The notes: generated by a model not told the origin, from the letters alone. DNA of 62,267 nucleotides, filler included, from Porpidia crustulata (GCA_964255105.1; 9 parts of 9 records of this genome joined end to end with filler, not necessarily neighbours in it), one strand, 5' to 3'. Numbered from the whole stretch's first letter, positions 1-12,055 are shown. A program made the numbers and translations.

Positions 1-1091
1 GTACGGTCGATGGGGCGATGTAGGGTGCGCGCCGCGCGGCGGTAGCAGCGGTCGAGGAGCTTGCCGTTGAGGTAGCCGCCGAGGATGACGCCGGCGCTGC
101 CTGGGAGGTAGGCGAGACCGACTTCGAGGTCGCTGAAGCCGTAGGTTTGCTTGTAGGTGAGAGGCATCGAGGTCATCATGCAGGCCCAAATGGTATAGGG
201 AGAGGCACCGAGCCAGAGGGCGAGGGCGACATCCTTGTAGAAGATGATGCGGAGACTGGCGAGGGGGTTACCGAGCTTGGGTTTGGGTTTCCTGGCTGCT
301 GGCTGGCTGACAGTGTCTGGTTGGCTGCCGGAGGCCATTTCGGCGTCATGGTTTCCTAGCCCGTCGTGCCGTTTACTTCTCCATTTATTGACGTATGTTC
401 GGACGATCACCCACCATGTCCTTTGCCATCCCACGGCCTCGATGCTCCCGTTCCCAACCAGACTTCGACTTGTTTCCGGGAGCGCCACCCCAATCGCGCC
501 TAGGATCAGGCCAGCGAAGATGACCAAGTCCCAGAATACCCATTGGTATCCTCCAGTGCGCGCTACGACAAAGCCTCCGATCAACGGCCCGATGCCGTTC
601 CCAAGATTGGTCACCGCCATCACAGGTCCAAGCATTTTTCCCCTCTCCGCCGGCACGCACACGTCAGATATTATGCCGTACGCAATCGACGCGACGGAGC
701 TCGCGCCCACACTTTGTAAGCCACGTAGAACTAGGAGGAGAGGGTAGCTGTTTCTGTTCAGTGCGAGGCCCACGTTAGCGAATAAGTAGATTGTGAATGT
801 TGTGAGGTATATGACCCGCCGGCCAGTAGAATCGGAGAGTGTGGCCAGGACAGTGGGCGCCAGGGCTTGAGCTATGATGTAGATGGTGATGGTCAGGTTG
901 ATTGCTTGAGCCGAAGTGTGGAAATGGACCTGGAGGAGTGGGAGCAGAGGGAGGTAGATGGTTGCTGTCAACGGGGAGGCGAGTGTCGTGAGGCCGAGAA
1001 GCAGGATGATCATGCGCCTTCTCCGAGAGCTATGGATCGTGTAAGGTATCGGTTGATTCGTACTAGACGTAGCCTGGGTTGATTGTTCCAT
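1..1091 (-). CDS. MFS multidrug transporter (DHA1/Qdr-like), 3'-truncated by the window edge
   Basis: Hand translation from ATG 1091: MEQSTQ...ASPLTATIYLPLLP...INLTITIYIIAQALAPTVLATLSDSTGRRVIY...LRGLQSVGASS...ISDVCVPAERGKMLG...LPETSRSLVGNGS. Contains MFS motif A (SDxxGRR) and the PET motif. No stop before position 1, so it is absent from the ORF track. Confidence 0.9.
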   Translation of the reverse strand, partial: MEQSTQATSSTNQPIPYTIHSSRRRRMIILLLGLTTLASPLTATIYLPLLPLLQVHFHTSAQAINLTITIYIIAQALAPTVLATLSDSTGRRVIYLTTFTIYLFANVGLALNRNSYPLLLVLRGLQSVGASSVASIAYGIISDVCVPAERGKMLGPVMAVTNLGNGIGPLIGGFVVARTGGYQWVFWDLVIFAGLILGAIGVALPETSRSLVGNGSIEAVGWQRTWWVIVRTYVNKWRSKRHDGLGNHDAEMASGSQPDTVSQPAARKPKPKLGNPLASLRIIFYKDVALALWLGASPYTIWACMMTSMPLTYKQTYGFSDLEVGLAYLPGSAGVILGGYLNGKLLDRCYRRAARTLHRPIDR

Positions 1092-2269
1092 TGCAGCTGA
1101 AGGTGACAGGTGGAACGAGCAACCAATATAGATTGAAGTAGATCATCAGTCACAGCAGTCCGTCGTGCTCTTAGTGAGGCACGGCTATCAGATATAGAAT
1201 CGCTTGTGTTGAGGTTGTGTGAAGTTGTCCACTATCTTTCTTCGAAATGTCCTGTAAGATAGATACTGCGTGGTAGCGGTTCGCCGTTACTATGAAGCGC
1301 TGCCTATCAATCATACAAAGGTCTCAGGCGCGACAGTTTGATACGCAGACTTCAATTGAGCCTTCCTAGACGAGTAAAGACTGTTGCGAATTTCTAAGAG
1401 GCGAATAATCTATGACTTAATTTCTTTCATAGGAGACGTCATATAAGAGAGGCTCAAAAAGGGAATTTCAAAATACTTTACAGATGGCTAAAATGATACT
1501 TAACTTTCATATACTAATAGAAATTCAAATACTTAATCTTCATATTTTCTAACCATGATCTTCTTATGTGGTGAGTTCCTTGCACAAGCTGGATTACCTC
1601 CTATATTCAGGAAATACTCTGAAGGGCGCATTGAGAGACTCGCGGTGAAGTGGTCAATTTCCAGCTTGTGCAGATCCATGGAGTTGCTTAGTTTTAGCAC
1701 ATGTCGCCAGTAATTTATGTGGTATATCCTTTTCACAGGTACGAACGTCCTGATAAGGAAAGCGGCGCCTCAGACAATTGAACGTTCGGTTCTTCACTCT
1801 TTAGACATAGAAACTCTATGAATGATTAAGTGCGCGTATCGTACACAATACGTTATCTCTTAGCTGATCCGAACTATGTTGACCTCAGATACCTGAAATA
1901 TCATTGGGTTTCTCTATACGCACGACGAAAAAGACCATTGGGGACAAAGAGGCCGGCTTTCCCAAAGGATTTTGTATAGCATGTTGGCTACCAGGATTTG
2001 GTGGAATTTCCCCCATGTCCAAAGGCATTAGGTATCGTTCCATCTAGACAGATTTGTTAGGCACAAATAGCCCAAACTCAGGCCGATTAGAAGGATGGGT
2101 TATCACTATCAGCCCTCCTGAAGGTACAGCCATTTTTGTCAACTTCTTACCACATGATAGTCGCTCTTCAGCATCAAGCATAGTGTTGTCAATCTCCACC
2201 CAATACCATGCTTGGTCTTTCCCTACGGTACTTGTTTGTTTCATCCAGTAAATTTTGGCTTACAAGGTG

Positions 2270-2611
2270 GCCAAATGAATGTGTCCCAAGACGAAGCCAT
2301 AAAGGGTATGATGCGTGGAGAGTTTGCTTCCGTGACAGCGATGCACAGTGCAACCCGTGATTTGGCTCCAGCCCCGATTTCCTGGGGGACGTATTTCTCA
2401 AATCCGAATGTGTATTTCTTACTATACAGCTCCCACGACATGACAGATGACATTCCAGACCTTGGAGCTTTCCCTTCTAAGGTTGCGAGGCTACACAAGG
2501 AGCATCTCTCGCCAAAGTAAATATAGGTTCTTGGTAATAGCCCATCAAGGTAGGCTACCTCAAGAGACTGGATGGACGGAATCTTGGGAGGGCTTCTCCA
2601 CAAATTCCTGA
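2270..2611 (+). pseudogene. Fructosamine-3-kinase / protein-ribulosamine kinase-like gene fragment
   Basis: KGMMRGEFASVTAMH...APAPISWGTY...HDMTDDIPD...ARLHKEHLSP, then after a frameshift KYRFLVIAHQGRLPQETGWTESWEGFSTNS*. Resembles the N-terminal half of fungal fructosamine kinase-like proteins, with a frameshift, a stop and no C-terminal half. Confidence 0.7.
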
Positions 2612-3628
2612 TATAGTCATGCGGTTGAGCCATAAATGAAAACGAATATCGTCCAATTCGCCTGATCTTTGTCAGTGATATAGTAAACAAAGACTGGACT
2701 TACACATCCTCGATCGGAGTCTGTCAGGTTTCAGAGCAGCCTGCACATTACTTGTTCAGAGGCGTTGTGACTTTGCTGATAAGTGAGGAGTCGAAGAATT
2801 GAACGCTTTACTCTTTTCACTTGCAATGACATTCGACCGTAATATTGAAATGTATCTGAATGAACACGAAAAAATAATACAGTGATCAACAATCAATTGT
2901 GAGTTCGTTATTCATCTAAAATTGTTTCTGCTTCCAAAGAATCTTGTCGTTCCAACTTGTACTCCCGTTCCACAGAATACCCATGCGTAAATCTAGTATG
3001 CACAAAGACAATTTAATGCCTCTTGCTAGTCTCAAAGCAACGATGAGCTCGTCGCTCTGGGCAGCGGGAAGATAAGTTCTACGTTAACGTTCGTTTTATT
3101 CGTGAGAGCTTCCGCGGCCATCGCGGCCGTTCTTCGTCTCGACGTGTGTACGACAGAAACCCATGAAGAATGGCGCAAACGGCGGCAATGGCAGCGCGAC
3201 AATTTGGTCGGCTGAAAAACAACCCAGTATCTCTTGGCTGTATCCTATCGCTTTACCATTCACCTAGTCAGGGACCGGACTCTTGAATAAAGAATCGAGA
3301 TGGCAGTATCGGTTGGAGAAGAACACAACATTGAAGCTAGACGCGAGTGCAGGTGCGAAACCAAGGGAACCTTCGTTTGCATTCAGGGTAGAGATTGCGA
3401 TCCATTTCGTCTGCCTTTCGGGTGACGAGGCGCAACGCGGGCGGTGTCTTCAGCGCGATAACGGTCTACGCTTAGCCTCAATTTTTGGAGCGAAGGATTC
3501 TGGAGGATGAGGTAGGAATCTGCCTTATTTAGGGGCGTTCCCGCATGTTTGCCGCCGTTGGTCGGAGCCTTTCTCCTTCTGCAATATCTTGCATTCTCTG
3601 CGCTATTGACAGATTTACTTTCAACGAC

Positions 3629-5610
3629 ATGTATCTGTATACGTTGCTTCTGATTGTTATGCTACGGAATGTTGTAGCCGCACGAGAAGAATTGAAAGTC
3701 CGTGACAATCCGAGTGCTTTTGAGCGCGGGCCTACCGTTGCGGAGTTTTGGCGGCGAGCCTTCCATGCTTGTGCGTGGGTATCAACCGGCATCAATTTCA
3801 GATTATATATGTTCTAAGTCTCGGGTGATGTAGCTGTATCCCTTGAAAACCACTTGGTCATCGATGGCGGCGAGTTATGGCTAGACGCTTTTGGCAACGG
3901 AACGATTCAAGCGATCGCTGGTGAGTATCATCGGGCAAGGCGCAAGAGTAGGAGACTTGAAATCGGGTACATGGAGCTAATACGTGTCGGTGATTTTCAG
4001 TGGACCTCTCGTTAATGGTTGATATGAGCAAGTCATGGACAAACACGAGTATCCCATTCACCGTGGTCAACAAGACGGGTACTGCGCCAAACCTGAACAA
4101 CGAAAGAATATGGCGTGTGAATGACAACAAGTCTTGTTTTGCGTTTGGCGGCGCTCAGAGCTACATCCCGAGCGGGTGGTCGCCACCAGTCGTGGCGCTC
4201 TGGCAATTCGCGCTCAACAGTACCGGGGGTGGCTCATGGAGTCAATTCCAGGTTGGATCCGGTACAATCTTCGACAGCCTCACTCGACCAGATTTAGCAG
4301 CCACGGCTACTGTCGACAACACAGGATTCATCATCGGTGGACACATGGATTCACACAGCTCGCAAGCGAGTATCAATGATCCAAATCCCGAAGTCATACC
4401 TGGAATTGTATCATATAACATGACCTCTGGAGTCTGGTCAAACGATAGCGCTCCAACAAATGTCACGAATACATTCCTGGCCTCCGTTACAAATTTCGGC
4501 CCTTCAGGTCTGCTCATCAGTGCAGGTCACGCTGAGTACTCGCCGACAGGCCCTATCTCTATTACCAACGTCACAATCTACGAGCCGCTCGGGAGAACTT
4601 GGCATACTCAATCCACCAACGGCAATGCCCCAGCAGTAAGGGATTCTGCCTGCGCAGTGGGTCTGTCAGGAGACAACGGAACCTATGAGATGTGAGTATC
4701 AACGCCCAGCCCTGGGTTTTCCGCCGCACAATTAATGGAAAACTGCAGATTCATGTATGGAGGTGTCAATATAGTCTCGAGTGGAGTTTATTCGAGCGGG
4801 TCTGGAGGAAATTTGTCCGAACAGTCAAGCGCCTCTAACACCGCGCTGGATGAGGTCTGGGTGCTCTCATTGCCTGCCTTCGCGTGGTTCAAAGCAAATT
4901 ATACGGCCCAGAATAATCGTTGGCGTCACACCTGCAATATTGCAGGTAACCGGCAGATGATTACTATTGGAGGCATCAATATCAATGACCAAAATCTTGG
5001 CGGACAAAGCAAGGATCCATTCAGCCAGGGTTTCGGCGTCTTCGACCTGACCGAGTTGACTTGGAGTTCAGGATACGATGCTCACGCTGCACCTTATGAG
5101 ACCCCAGGGGTCATCAAGGACTGGTACAATGCGGGGTAAGACGGTCATATGCATGACTCCAACAGAACGGAGCTGACGATCTACAGCAACGGTAGCATAA
5201 AATTCCAAGATCCAGCGGTCGAAGGGTTTTTCAAAAGGACCACAGCCTCAAACAATGCAAACCGATCTCCTTCTTCCTCCTCTACTCCTTCCTCTTCCTC
5301 TTCCTCATCAAACAACGGGTTATTTTCTACCTCCTCGCACGCAGGCCCTATCGCAGGTGGTGTGGTCGGTGGTGTTGCCGGTCTCGCCATCATCGCCGGG
5401 CTGGTGTGGCTTCTGCTTCGGAGAAGAAAGAGACAACAACAACGTCAAAGCCCTCAGTATCAGTTGGCGGACAGCCACATTTCCAAACCCGGTGAGCTGG
5501 AGGATAAACCGTACCTGCGGGAATTGCACGGACGGTCGGACGGCCACGAAGCGCCGGAGATGGAGGATAGCTCAAGGCCTCGTCCGATCGAGATGGCAGG
5601 AGATAGGTAG
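3629..5610 (+). CDS. Kelch/beta-propeller-like type I membrane protein (multi-exon)
   Basis: Signal peptide MYLYTLLLIVMLRNVVA; kelch-like blades (VIDGGE, FAFGG, FIIGG, FMYGG, EVWVLSLPAFAW, MITIGG); S/T-rich stalk; TM helix IAGGVVGGVAGLAIIAGLVWLLL followed by RRRKR. GT-AG introns link ORFs 3545-3817, 4000-4695, 4735-5139 and 5149-5610. Confidence 0.85.
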
Positions 5611-5802
5611 TAGGCGTGACATAGCTGATAGGAATATATATATACAAAGCTATAAATGTTTCGATTAGATACGCTGCTACTGCTTCCAACGCCCGATATC
5701 AATCCCTCTCTGTTGGGTCAAGCTCACAACGGAGATTTAGTGCTAAGCACCTGCAATGGCGAAGCAACCAACGAACGAAAATCAGACACGCTACTTCTCC
5801 CA

Positions 5803-5833
5803 TGTCACCTTGTCACCTTGTCACCTTGGTCAC
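5803..5833. repeat. Short tandem repeat, (TGTCACCT)x3 plus a degenerate copy
   Basis: Reads tgtcacct tgtcacct tgtcacct tggtcac. Confidence 0.75.
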
Positions 5834-5879
5834 TCAGCCACGGCGGAAGCAGCGGTGCCGGCTCGTCGATAGTCGAGCG

Positions 5880-6838
5880 AGCCTGAGCACGCGTTTGATC
5901 TCACTCAGACCATATCTGAGCCAGATCAGACACATTCAGGCTAGATCCGGCACGCATCTAGGCTAGCTTAGATAAACGATGAGTCAGGGCATCGACGGCG
6001 AGAGATGACTCTTTCTCTGAGGGTTTCGTTCAATTATCTAAATAAATCTTATAATTAACCCGCGCGAGCTGATCTTGACGAAATAAACATTAACATCATC
6101 TTATAATCACGTCCACAGTCTGAAAATGCATATAATACCCAGAAACAGAAAATTATCCGACTATTCCAAACTTTTTCCTTCGACTTTGTAAACTGCCATT
6201 GCCCGTCCCTGTACTGATTAAACCACATTTCATCTCGGATCCATCACGCCACCAGACGAGCCGAAGAAAAACCCATTCCCGCATTTCCAGGACTTCTCAC
6301 TCGCAAACCCCCAACATATTAACGAAAGTACCTAATATCCCGAGCAAAACACTCTTCGCTAAATAATATTTACCGGTGAAGGATTCATACCGTTTACGAT
6401 TATATTCCCAGCCTCTTCAATCACTACCTAATTGCGAACGAATTAGATGATATCAAAGTTGCCTCGAAGCATCTGTCTAGTTTGAATTGATATTTTTTAA
6501 AGTCATCGGTGCGCTTTCCCGACGAGTACTTATTATTGGTTATATGCATGTTCTGGATAACTAGGCTACTTTCTTACTTTTATGGATTTGGGTAATCCAT
6601 TGGTCAGCTCCTGATGTTTGGGGCGAGCTGCGAAAGGAACCCCTTTTATTGGTTTTCTTTTTTGAAAACAGAGTTGGAAAAACAGAATTGGAGATGAAAT
6701 GACCGAGGATAAAAAGGGGTTGTGGGATGGGAGCATCTTTCGGAAGAAAGTCACGGCTTAGGATCCCGAAATTATTAATCATTGATGTTGAAAACAGAGC
6801 ATCTAGGTCCTACGACTAGGTGTTCGGGGTGCTTACGC
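5880..6838. mobile_element. Possible degraded DNA-transposon relic at a contig end
   Basis: Clustered GATC/CTAG short repeats at 5895-5970, followed by AT-shifted sequence with stops in all frames. Family not established. Confidence 0.25.
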
Positions 6839-6938
6839 NNNNNNNNNNNNNNNNNNNNNNNNNNNNNNNNNNNNNNNNNNNNTTAATTAATTAANNNNNN
6901 NNNNNNNNNNNNNNNNNNNNNNNNNNNNNNNNNNNNNN
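6839..6938. other. Artificial contig spacer
   Basis: N44-TTAATTAATTAA-N44; stops in all six frames. Confidence 0.99.
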
Positions 6939-7393
6939 CATCAGTATCACGTGCCTCAAGGACCTTTCCTACCTAAGGTGTGTACTAACATCGACGGCAT
7001 CAGGAACCCGAGAGGACCACGTGCCCGGGGGAAGGGATTATCGGCCGGTTCAGGTGGCCTATCGCGCTAGAGTGCATAACGAATCACTGATTACCTACTC
7101 CCAGGAGTTCAGAGCACACAGTCCGCCTTCAGGGCAGATCTCCGAGGTCTTGCCCTGCGCGTCTTTCAGCCCCTCCAATCACAAGCGCGACCCGCGCTAG
7201 GGCGCACCCCGGCGTCACACCATTGATCTCCCCCAAAGGAACCTACTTATGCTGGTACTATGCATCCAGGCAGGGAGAGAAAAAACAGGAAACTGCAGCG
7301 AAAATGAATAATGGATTAACTTCAGTGTTTGATGATTATTGTGACCCCGCAGGACCGCAGGGTCTAAAACTCGTAGTTATCGTAATCGTTGTC

Positions 7394-8716
7394 TCAGAAA
7401 AAGCCACCCTCGAGTTTCTTCTCGCCTTCGGCCGTCAGCACCACCACCTCGACGATCGAGTGGCGGATCGCGTCCCCTTCCAACTCCCCGGTCGACGGGG
7501 ATCCCTCCAGCTCCAGGTTGCGGGACCCCGCGGGCACCACCACTTTCAGCATGCCCTTGGGGTCCCCGGCGCCCTGCAGCGAGTTCGTGTACCCTCCATC
7601 CATTTCGTAGTATTGGGTTTCAGACCCGCCAAAGGCCACCTTCTTTTCGGAGCGTTCCGCGTCCGACGACCAAGCGTGCTGAGCCTTTTCCTTGTCCACG
7701 ATGGATGAAGTTCGACCTTGCTTGTATGCGAGAGCCTCGTTGGCTTGTTCACGGCGGTAATTACGTCGCCGTTGAAGCATCCATAGTGTAAGGAATAGTG
7801 TGATGATGGCAGCCATGGGGACCATGACCGCGATGAGGACTTTGGAATTCATGTTGAGACCGAACGAGGGCGATGGAGTTGAGATCATGGTAGGGGTAGC
7901 TGCGGGGATTATTGGCGCCGGAGATGTTGGTTGATCTCGACGCACACAACCGGTCTTGTTCGTGAGCGCAGCCGGGCATGCGACTTCGACGAAATTGAGA
8001 CTACACTTGTATCAGGGCACAGTCCTCTAATTGGATTCGGTATGCTCACCTTGGATTGTCCGAGCCTCCGAACCAATCAAAGCGCCACTGGCATCCCGCC
8101 TTCAGCGCAGGAGGATAACTGTCACAAGCGGACATTGAGGAGATGCCTCCATACTTTTGACCCCAGCCTGATGAAGGCATGGTATACTGTTTCGTACACG
8201 TGTCCGTATCCCCAATACCGCCGCCGGGAATCTGCAAATACATGTTAGCATTAAACATATCTTAATGAGCAGGTCAATCCGTGTCCTTACTGAAAGAGAG
8301 AATTGATTGAAACCCGCGTCCGGTAGTGTGTCGACCGACTGAACGGTCATCTTTCTCCCTGTTGCGGGCCCAGAAGTAAAGGTCAATTCAAAGCATGTAC
8401 AGCACCAATCCGACTCTTGTTTGCCGGTGATGACCGTCGTTGCATATCCATACGCTGTCGCATTGTCGACTTGCCAAGGCGACATGTCAGCGCATCCGTA
8501 GGCTGTGCCATTGCTGCAAGCCGATGTGGCCGAAGAATCATTCAGAGGGGTATTGTCTTTATTGCAGGTCTGAACCGGAGAGGTGACGTTGGCCTTGCCT
8601 TCCCACGAGCACGAGGGTTTGCAGCAATTCCAGCCTCGAGTAGAATTCCCTGAGCCAGTCAAAGCGGCGGACGTGAATGTGGAGAAGATGGCGAGCGACC
8701 AAAGGAGAAGGATCAT
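7394..8716 (-). CDS. GH45 endoglucanase-like ectodomain + TM helix + cytoplasmic tail; catalytic Asp residues absent (3 exons, 404 aa)
   Basis: Exons 8716-8291, 8231-8050 and 8000-7394 (1215 nt, in frame). Signal peptide; STRGWNCCKPSCSW; WCCTCFELTFTSGP; IPGGGIG; WGQKYGGIS; GCQWRFDWF; FVEVACPAALTNKTGC; P/T linker; TM VLIAVMVPMAAIITLFLTLWML followed by QRRRNYRR. Confidence 0.9.
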
Positions 8717-9734
8717 TGCGAGCGTAGGCTGGTCATGAATGGGGATTTGGGTGTCTTCTAGTTTTGAAGTCCACGACGTCTGTGCCTGGAGTAGGCGTTT
8801 TCTCTTCTAGGAGGACATTTCTTCGAAAGTAGAAATGCACGGACGATGGTAGAGTTGTATATGCGTCCACAACAAAAAGTACCCGTCAGACTAAAAGATC
8901 CGACTCGACACTTTAGGCTTTTTAGTTGGGCAGGGTGCGGACGCATCATCCTTACGTGTCTGCATCGGATTAAATGCGTTCTCGTAGAAAGCGAAGACTT
9001 TTGCAAGATGGTGGGCACGGCTGGGACTTTTGCGACAAGCGCAAGATTTTGATTTGGCCTGCCAAGCATTGTTTTACTTGCCTCCGTGCTTGTACAGATC
9101 CGTAAAACCAACGCTTCCGTATGGCGTAAACGATCTTGTTATACGGACCCCATTGTAACCATGTTTCAGAATCATTGCCTGGTCAATTAACGAATCTCCT
9201 GGCCCATACCCACGATAGGCTAGTCCCGCAATCGAGATCTGGCGAGTTCCATAGGGAGCTGAAGAATGATTAATGCTCGGCCCCTTCAAGTCTTAATTTC
9301 TGTTGTGGTGGATCCTTTAGCTCGCGACAGATCTAGGTGGTCTTCATATTAAGCGTGAAACACAGTTGCTGAAAAATTGGCGACATCGCCATTGAATATT
9401 TCACCCATAGTATTCCTTCGCAGACGGTTCATCCAGGGGGAGGCAAGCTGTCAGGCCTAGTTTGCCTTAGAAATTCAAGGTCTACATCGGCCAGTCAACT
9501 AGCAAAAGGATAGCCTTACTGCGCCCAAGTCACAACTAATAATCCTCCTTCCAGTCGCATTGTTTATCTCGCCGTAGGATCGAGCGATGTGTGAAGGACG
9601 CAGTTGCTTCGACCTTCGAAGAGACTGATTTCCGGTGCGGTATATTGGCATAGGCGGACGGCACAGGCTGAGTGAATACCATAACGGATCGCTTGCTGCG
9701 TATCTTCAAGCAGCCTCATATTGTTTGTAAATTC

Positions 9735-11039
9735 CTACAGGTATCTTGACCGGAGGGCTTGGCTGATAGTACTCATCCTGCTGGCAACACTTCCGTGAGT
9801 CATCTCGTTGGCCAAAGCCTCTTCCAACGCACTCTGTGTTATGCTTGCATCGTCAAGATCGCTGAAACTACTACCCATGCTCGGCGTTCCTTCACTGCCT
9901 TCTTTCGTTATACGTCTTTGACGTGGAGATAGCGTCGATAGAGGAGTCTGCGCCTGGTTTGGATGACCTTGTCGCGGCTTCGGTTGGGATTGAGCGGACG
10001 AAGAAGGTTGAGACTGAGCTGACGATGATGAAGAGTGAACATTTGGATGTAGTGGTTGCTCTGATCTGGCACTGGTTCCTGTGGGAGGTCGTAGAGGCGG
10101 GGGTGTCTCGGGCGGTACGCGTAGCGTAGCGCTGGGGTCTGCTGCTGGCAGCGAATTGATTGCTTTTGGATTCGAAAAAGGGAGGAAGGGAGGCGAATTT
10201 TCGTCTTCTTCGTCGGCGTCTGATAGAGGATGTAGTGGTGCTTTGGAGGCAGAGTAGCGAGGTCGACGCATAAAAGTACGGCTTTGAGATATAGGAGCTG
10301 GAGTGTCTGAGTCGGAAGAAGATGAGGAGGATGAGTCGGCAGCTTTGACAGAGGGAGTGTTGGGTCTGGCTAACGAGGCTGGTTGCTGTTTTGGAGATGC
10401 CTCGACTGACCGACGAGATCCTTCACGAGTTCTGCTGCCGTGAGCAAAACTTGACTGGACCTCCTGTGGAGAGCGTGGCAATGTGGACGAGAAAGGTTTC
10501 TGGACTTGGAACACAGTGCTGGTGGATGAATTGCGAGATAATTGTGTCCTTGTTGGAGGGGCCATATCGAGCGCACTCCCGTCACCACGCGAGACTGGGC
10601 GGTCTTTGGGCCGGTGCGAGAGCGATGATGGCACCCGAGAGCCACCACTCGGGGCTCTGGCCATGGCCTGGCCACCTGCGATAGCGCTGTTCGAAGCTGA
10701 GCCAGGCGTGGGAGAATTGGCCGCCGAGGATGGTTTGGCAACCTTTCGAAGCTGGGCTCTAACCTGGGACAGCTGCCTTTCATAGAGCCACGCTGCTTGC
10801 TGTAGAAGGAAAGGGAGTGTGACATCGAACTGAGAAGCTAGCCCGTGCCAATCTACTTCTCGGCCCTTCTCGGCCCTGTATAATATGTCCCAGAGCGCTC
10901 GATCCTTTGAAGAATCCCATGAAACCGGTGGAGGATCGACGAAATCTCCTCGAGGGAATGGCAGGCGGATCAACACGGTGAAATGGCAGTCCGGTTCCTG
11001 CACCGGAGGCTGCTGGGAATGCTGCGCAGGAGAAGCCAT
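9735..11039 (-). CDS. ATG29: Autophagy-related protein 29
   Basis: N-terminal HFTVLIRLPFPRGDFVDPPPVSWD...FLLQQAAWLYERQL and C-terminal SMGSSFSDLDDASITQSALEEAL...SQALRSRYL, typical of Pezizomycotina Atg29. Single 434-aa ORF. Confidence 0.9.
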   Translation of the reverse strand: MASPAQHSQQPPVQEPDCHFTVLIRLPFPRGDFVDPPPVSWDSSKDRALWDILYRAEKGREVDWHGLASQFDVTLPFLLQQAAWLYERQLSQVRAQLRKVAKPSSAANSPTPGSASNSAIAGGQAMARAPSGGSRVPSSLSHRPKDRPVSRGDGSALDMAPPTRTQLSRNSSTSTVFQVQKPFSSTLPRSPQEVQSSFAHGSRTREGSRRSVEASPKQQPASLARPNTPSVKAADSSSSSSSDSDTPAPISQSRTFMRRPRYSASKAPLHPLSDADEEDENSPPFLPFSNPKAINSLPAADPSATLRVPPETPPPLRPPTGTSARSEQPLHPNVHSSSSSAQSQPSSSAQSQPKPRQGHPNQAQTPLSTLSPRQRRITKEGSEGTPSMGSSFSDLDDASITQSALEEALANEMTHGSVASRMSTISQALRSRYL

Positions 11040-12055
11040 GACATGTGCCCTAACGACAGGAATAACGCATTAATCGAGGGTAGAAGAGTAAAGCGTAGAG
11101 TGGTACAAGAGACGATTATACACTGATACGTCAAGAGACCCGATTGACTAAGAGCGACGCGGGCCGGTTCCGTTGTACATAACGGCACAACGGGTGCTCT
11201 CGTCTCTAGTCCACTCCATCCTGGAATCAACGGAGCTTCAAATCATCCATCAATCAAACAAAAGCCTACGAGCAGAGGTAGTCAATGACTGAACTCACAA
11301 TGCAGGAGAATGGTTCGCGTTGATAGCGTCAAGCGCTTCGCCCAGGGGAACCAGAGTTGACAGCGGATTTGAAGCGCCAACGTTCACAATTTCTATAGCT
11401 ACAATCAGCGGCCTCGGGCATCAACTCTTAGTCATGGAAATCATCAATCAGACAATGCAGAATCAACATGTAGGCTGAGGTCTAGCGCGCCACTGCACCA
11501 AACACCTTCCTCGAGTGTGATCTTCTTCATATGCCTCTCGTGGTTGTATCTCGTTGTTGTTTGGCTCTTTTGAAAATTACTGCTTTGTCGCCATGTTTGC
11601 TTGGCTGGTCGATTGAACCCCCGAGGCCGAATCCAGATCAAATCCTGAAGCTCTTTGGCAGCTCCTTTGAATATTTCTTTTCTGTTACTCTTGAAGGCAC
11701 AGTCTCAGTCTCCGGAGGGCTCTAAATGATCGAGATAATGGTAATGAAAAGGTCTGCCTATTTTGAGTGTATTTGGAGGTGTATGTGAGTACCTTTGCTA
11801 AAGATTTTCCTGAATTGTGCAATCTCTTTGTCCACCAAGACCTTTTAGAGTGGATTGTGTCCTTTACCGCCTTTATATGAATTTACCGTGAATTCGATCT
11901 ACTTGTTTCCGATCCCATGTACCGCATCAATGTGAGATTTTCGACCAAGTTCAGACATTGATTACTATTAGAATTCTATTGCTCTCCGACACTCACTTTT
12001 CAAACAAAGCTATACTTTTCCGGCCGTTCTCACATAGATAATCATAAGCTACATC

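Noticed and set aside
147..1082. Plus-strand ORFs of 70-167 aa
   Set aside because: Antisense shadows of the minus-strand MFS gene.
6883..6894. TTAATTAATTAA recurring every ~6.9 kb as a biological periodic repeat or CRISPR-like array
   Set aside because: Always centred in 44+44 Ns; a synthetic six-frame-stop linker.
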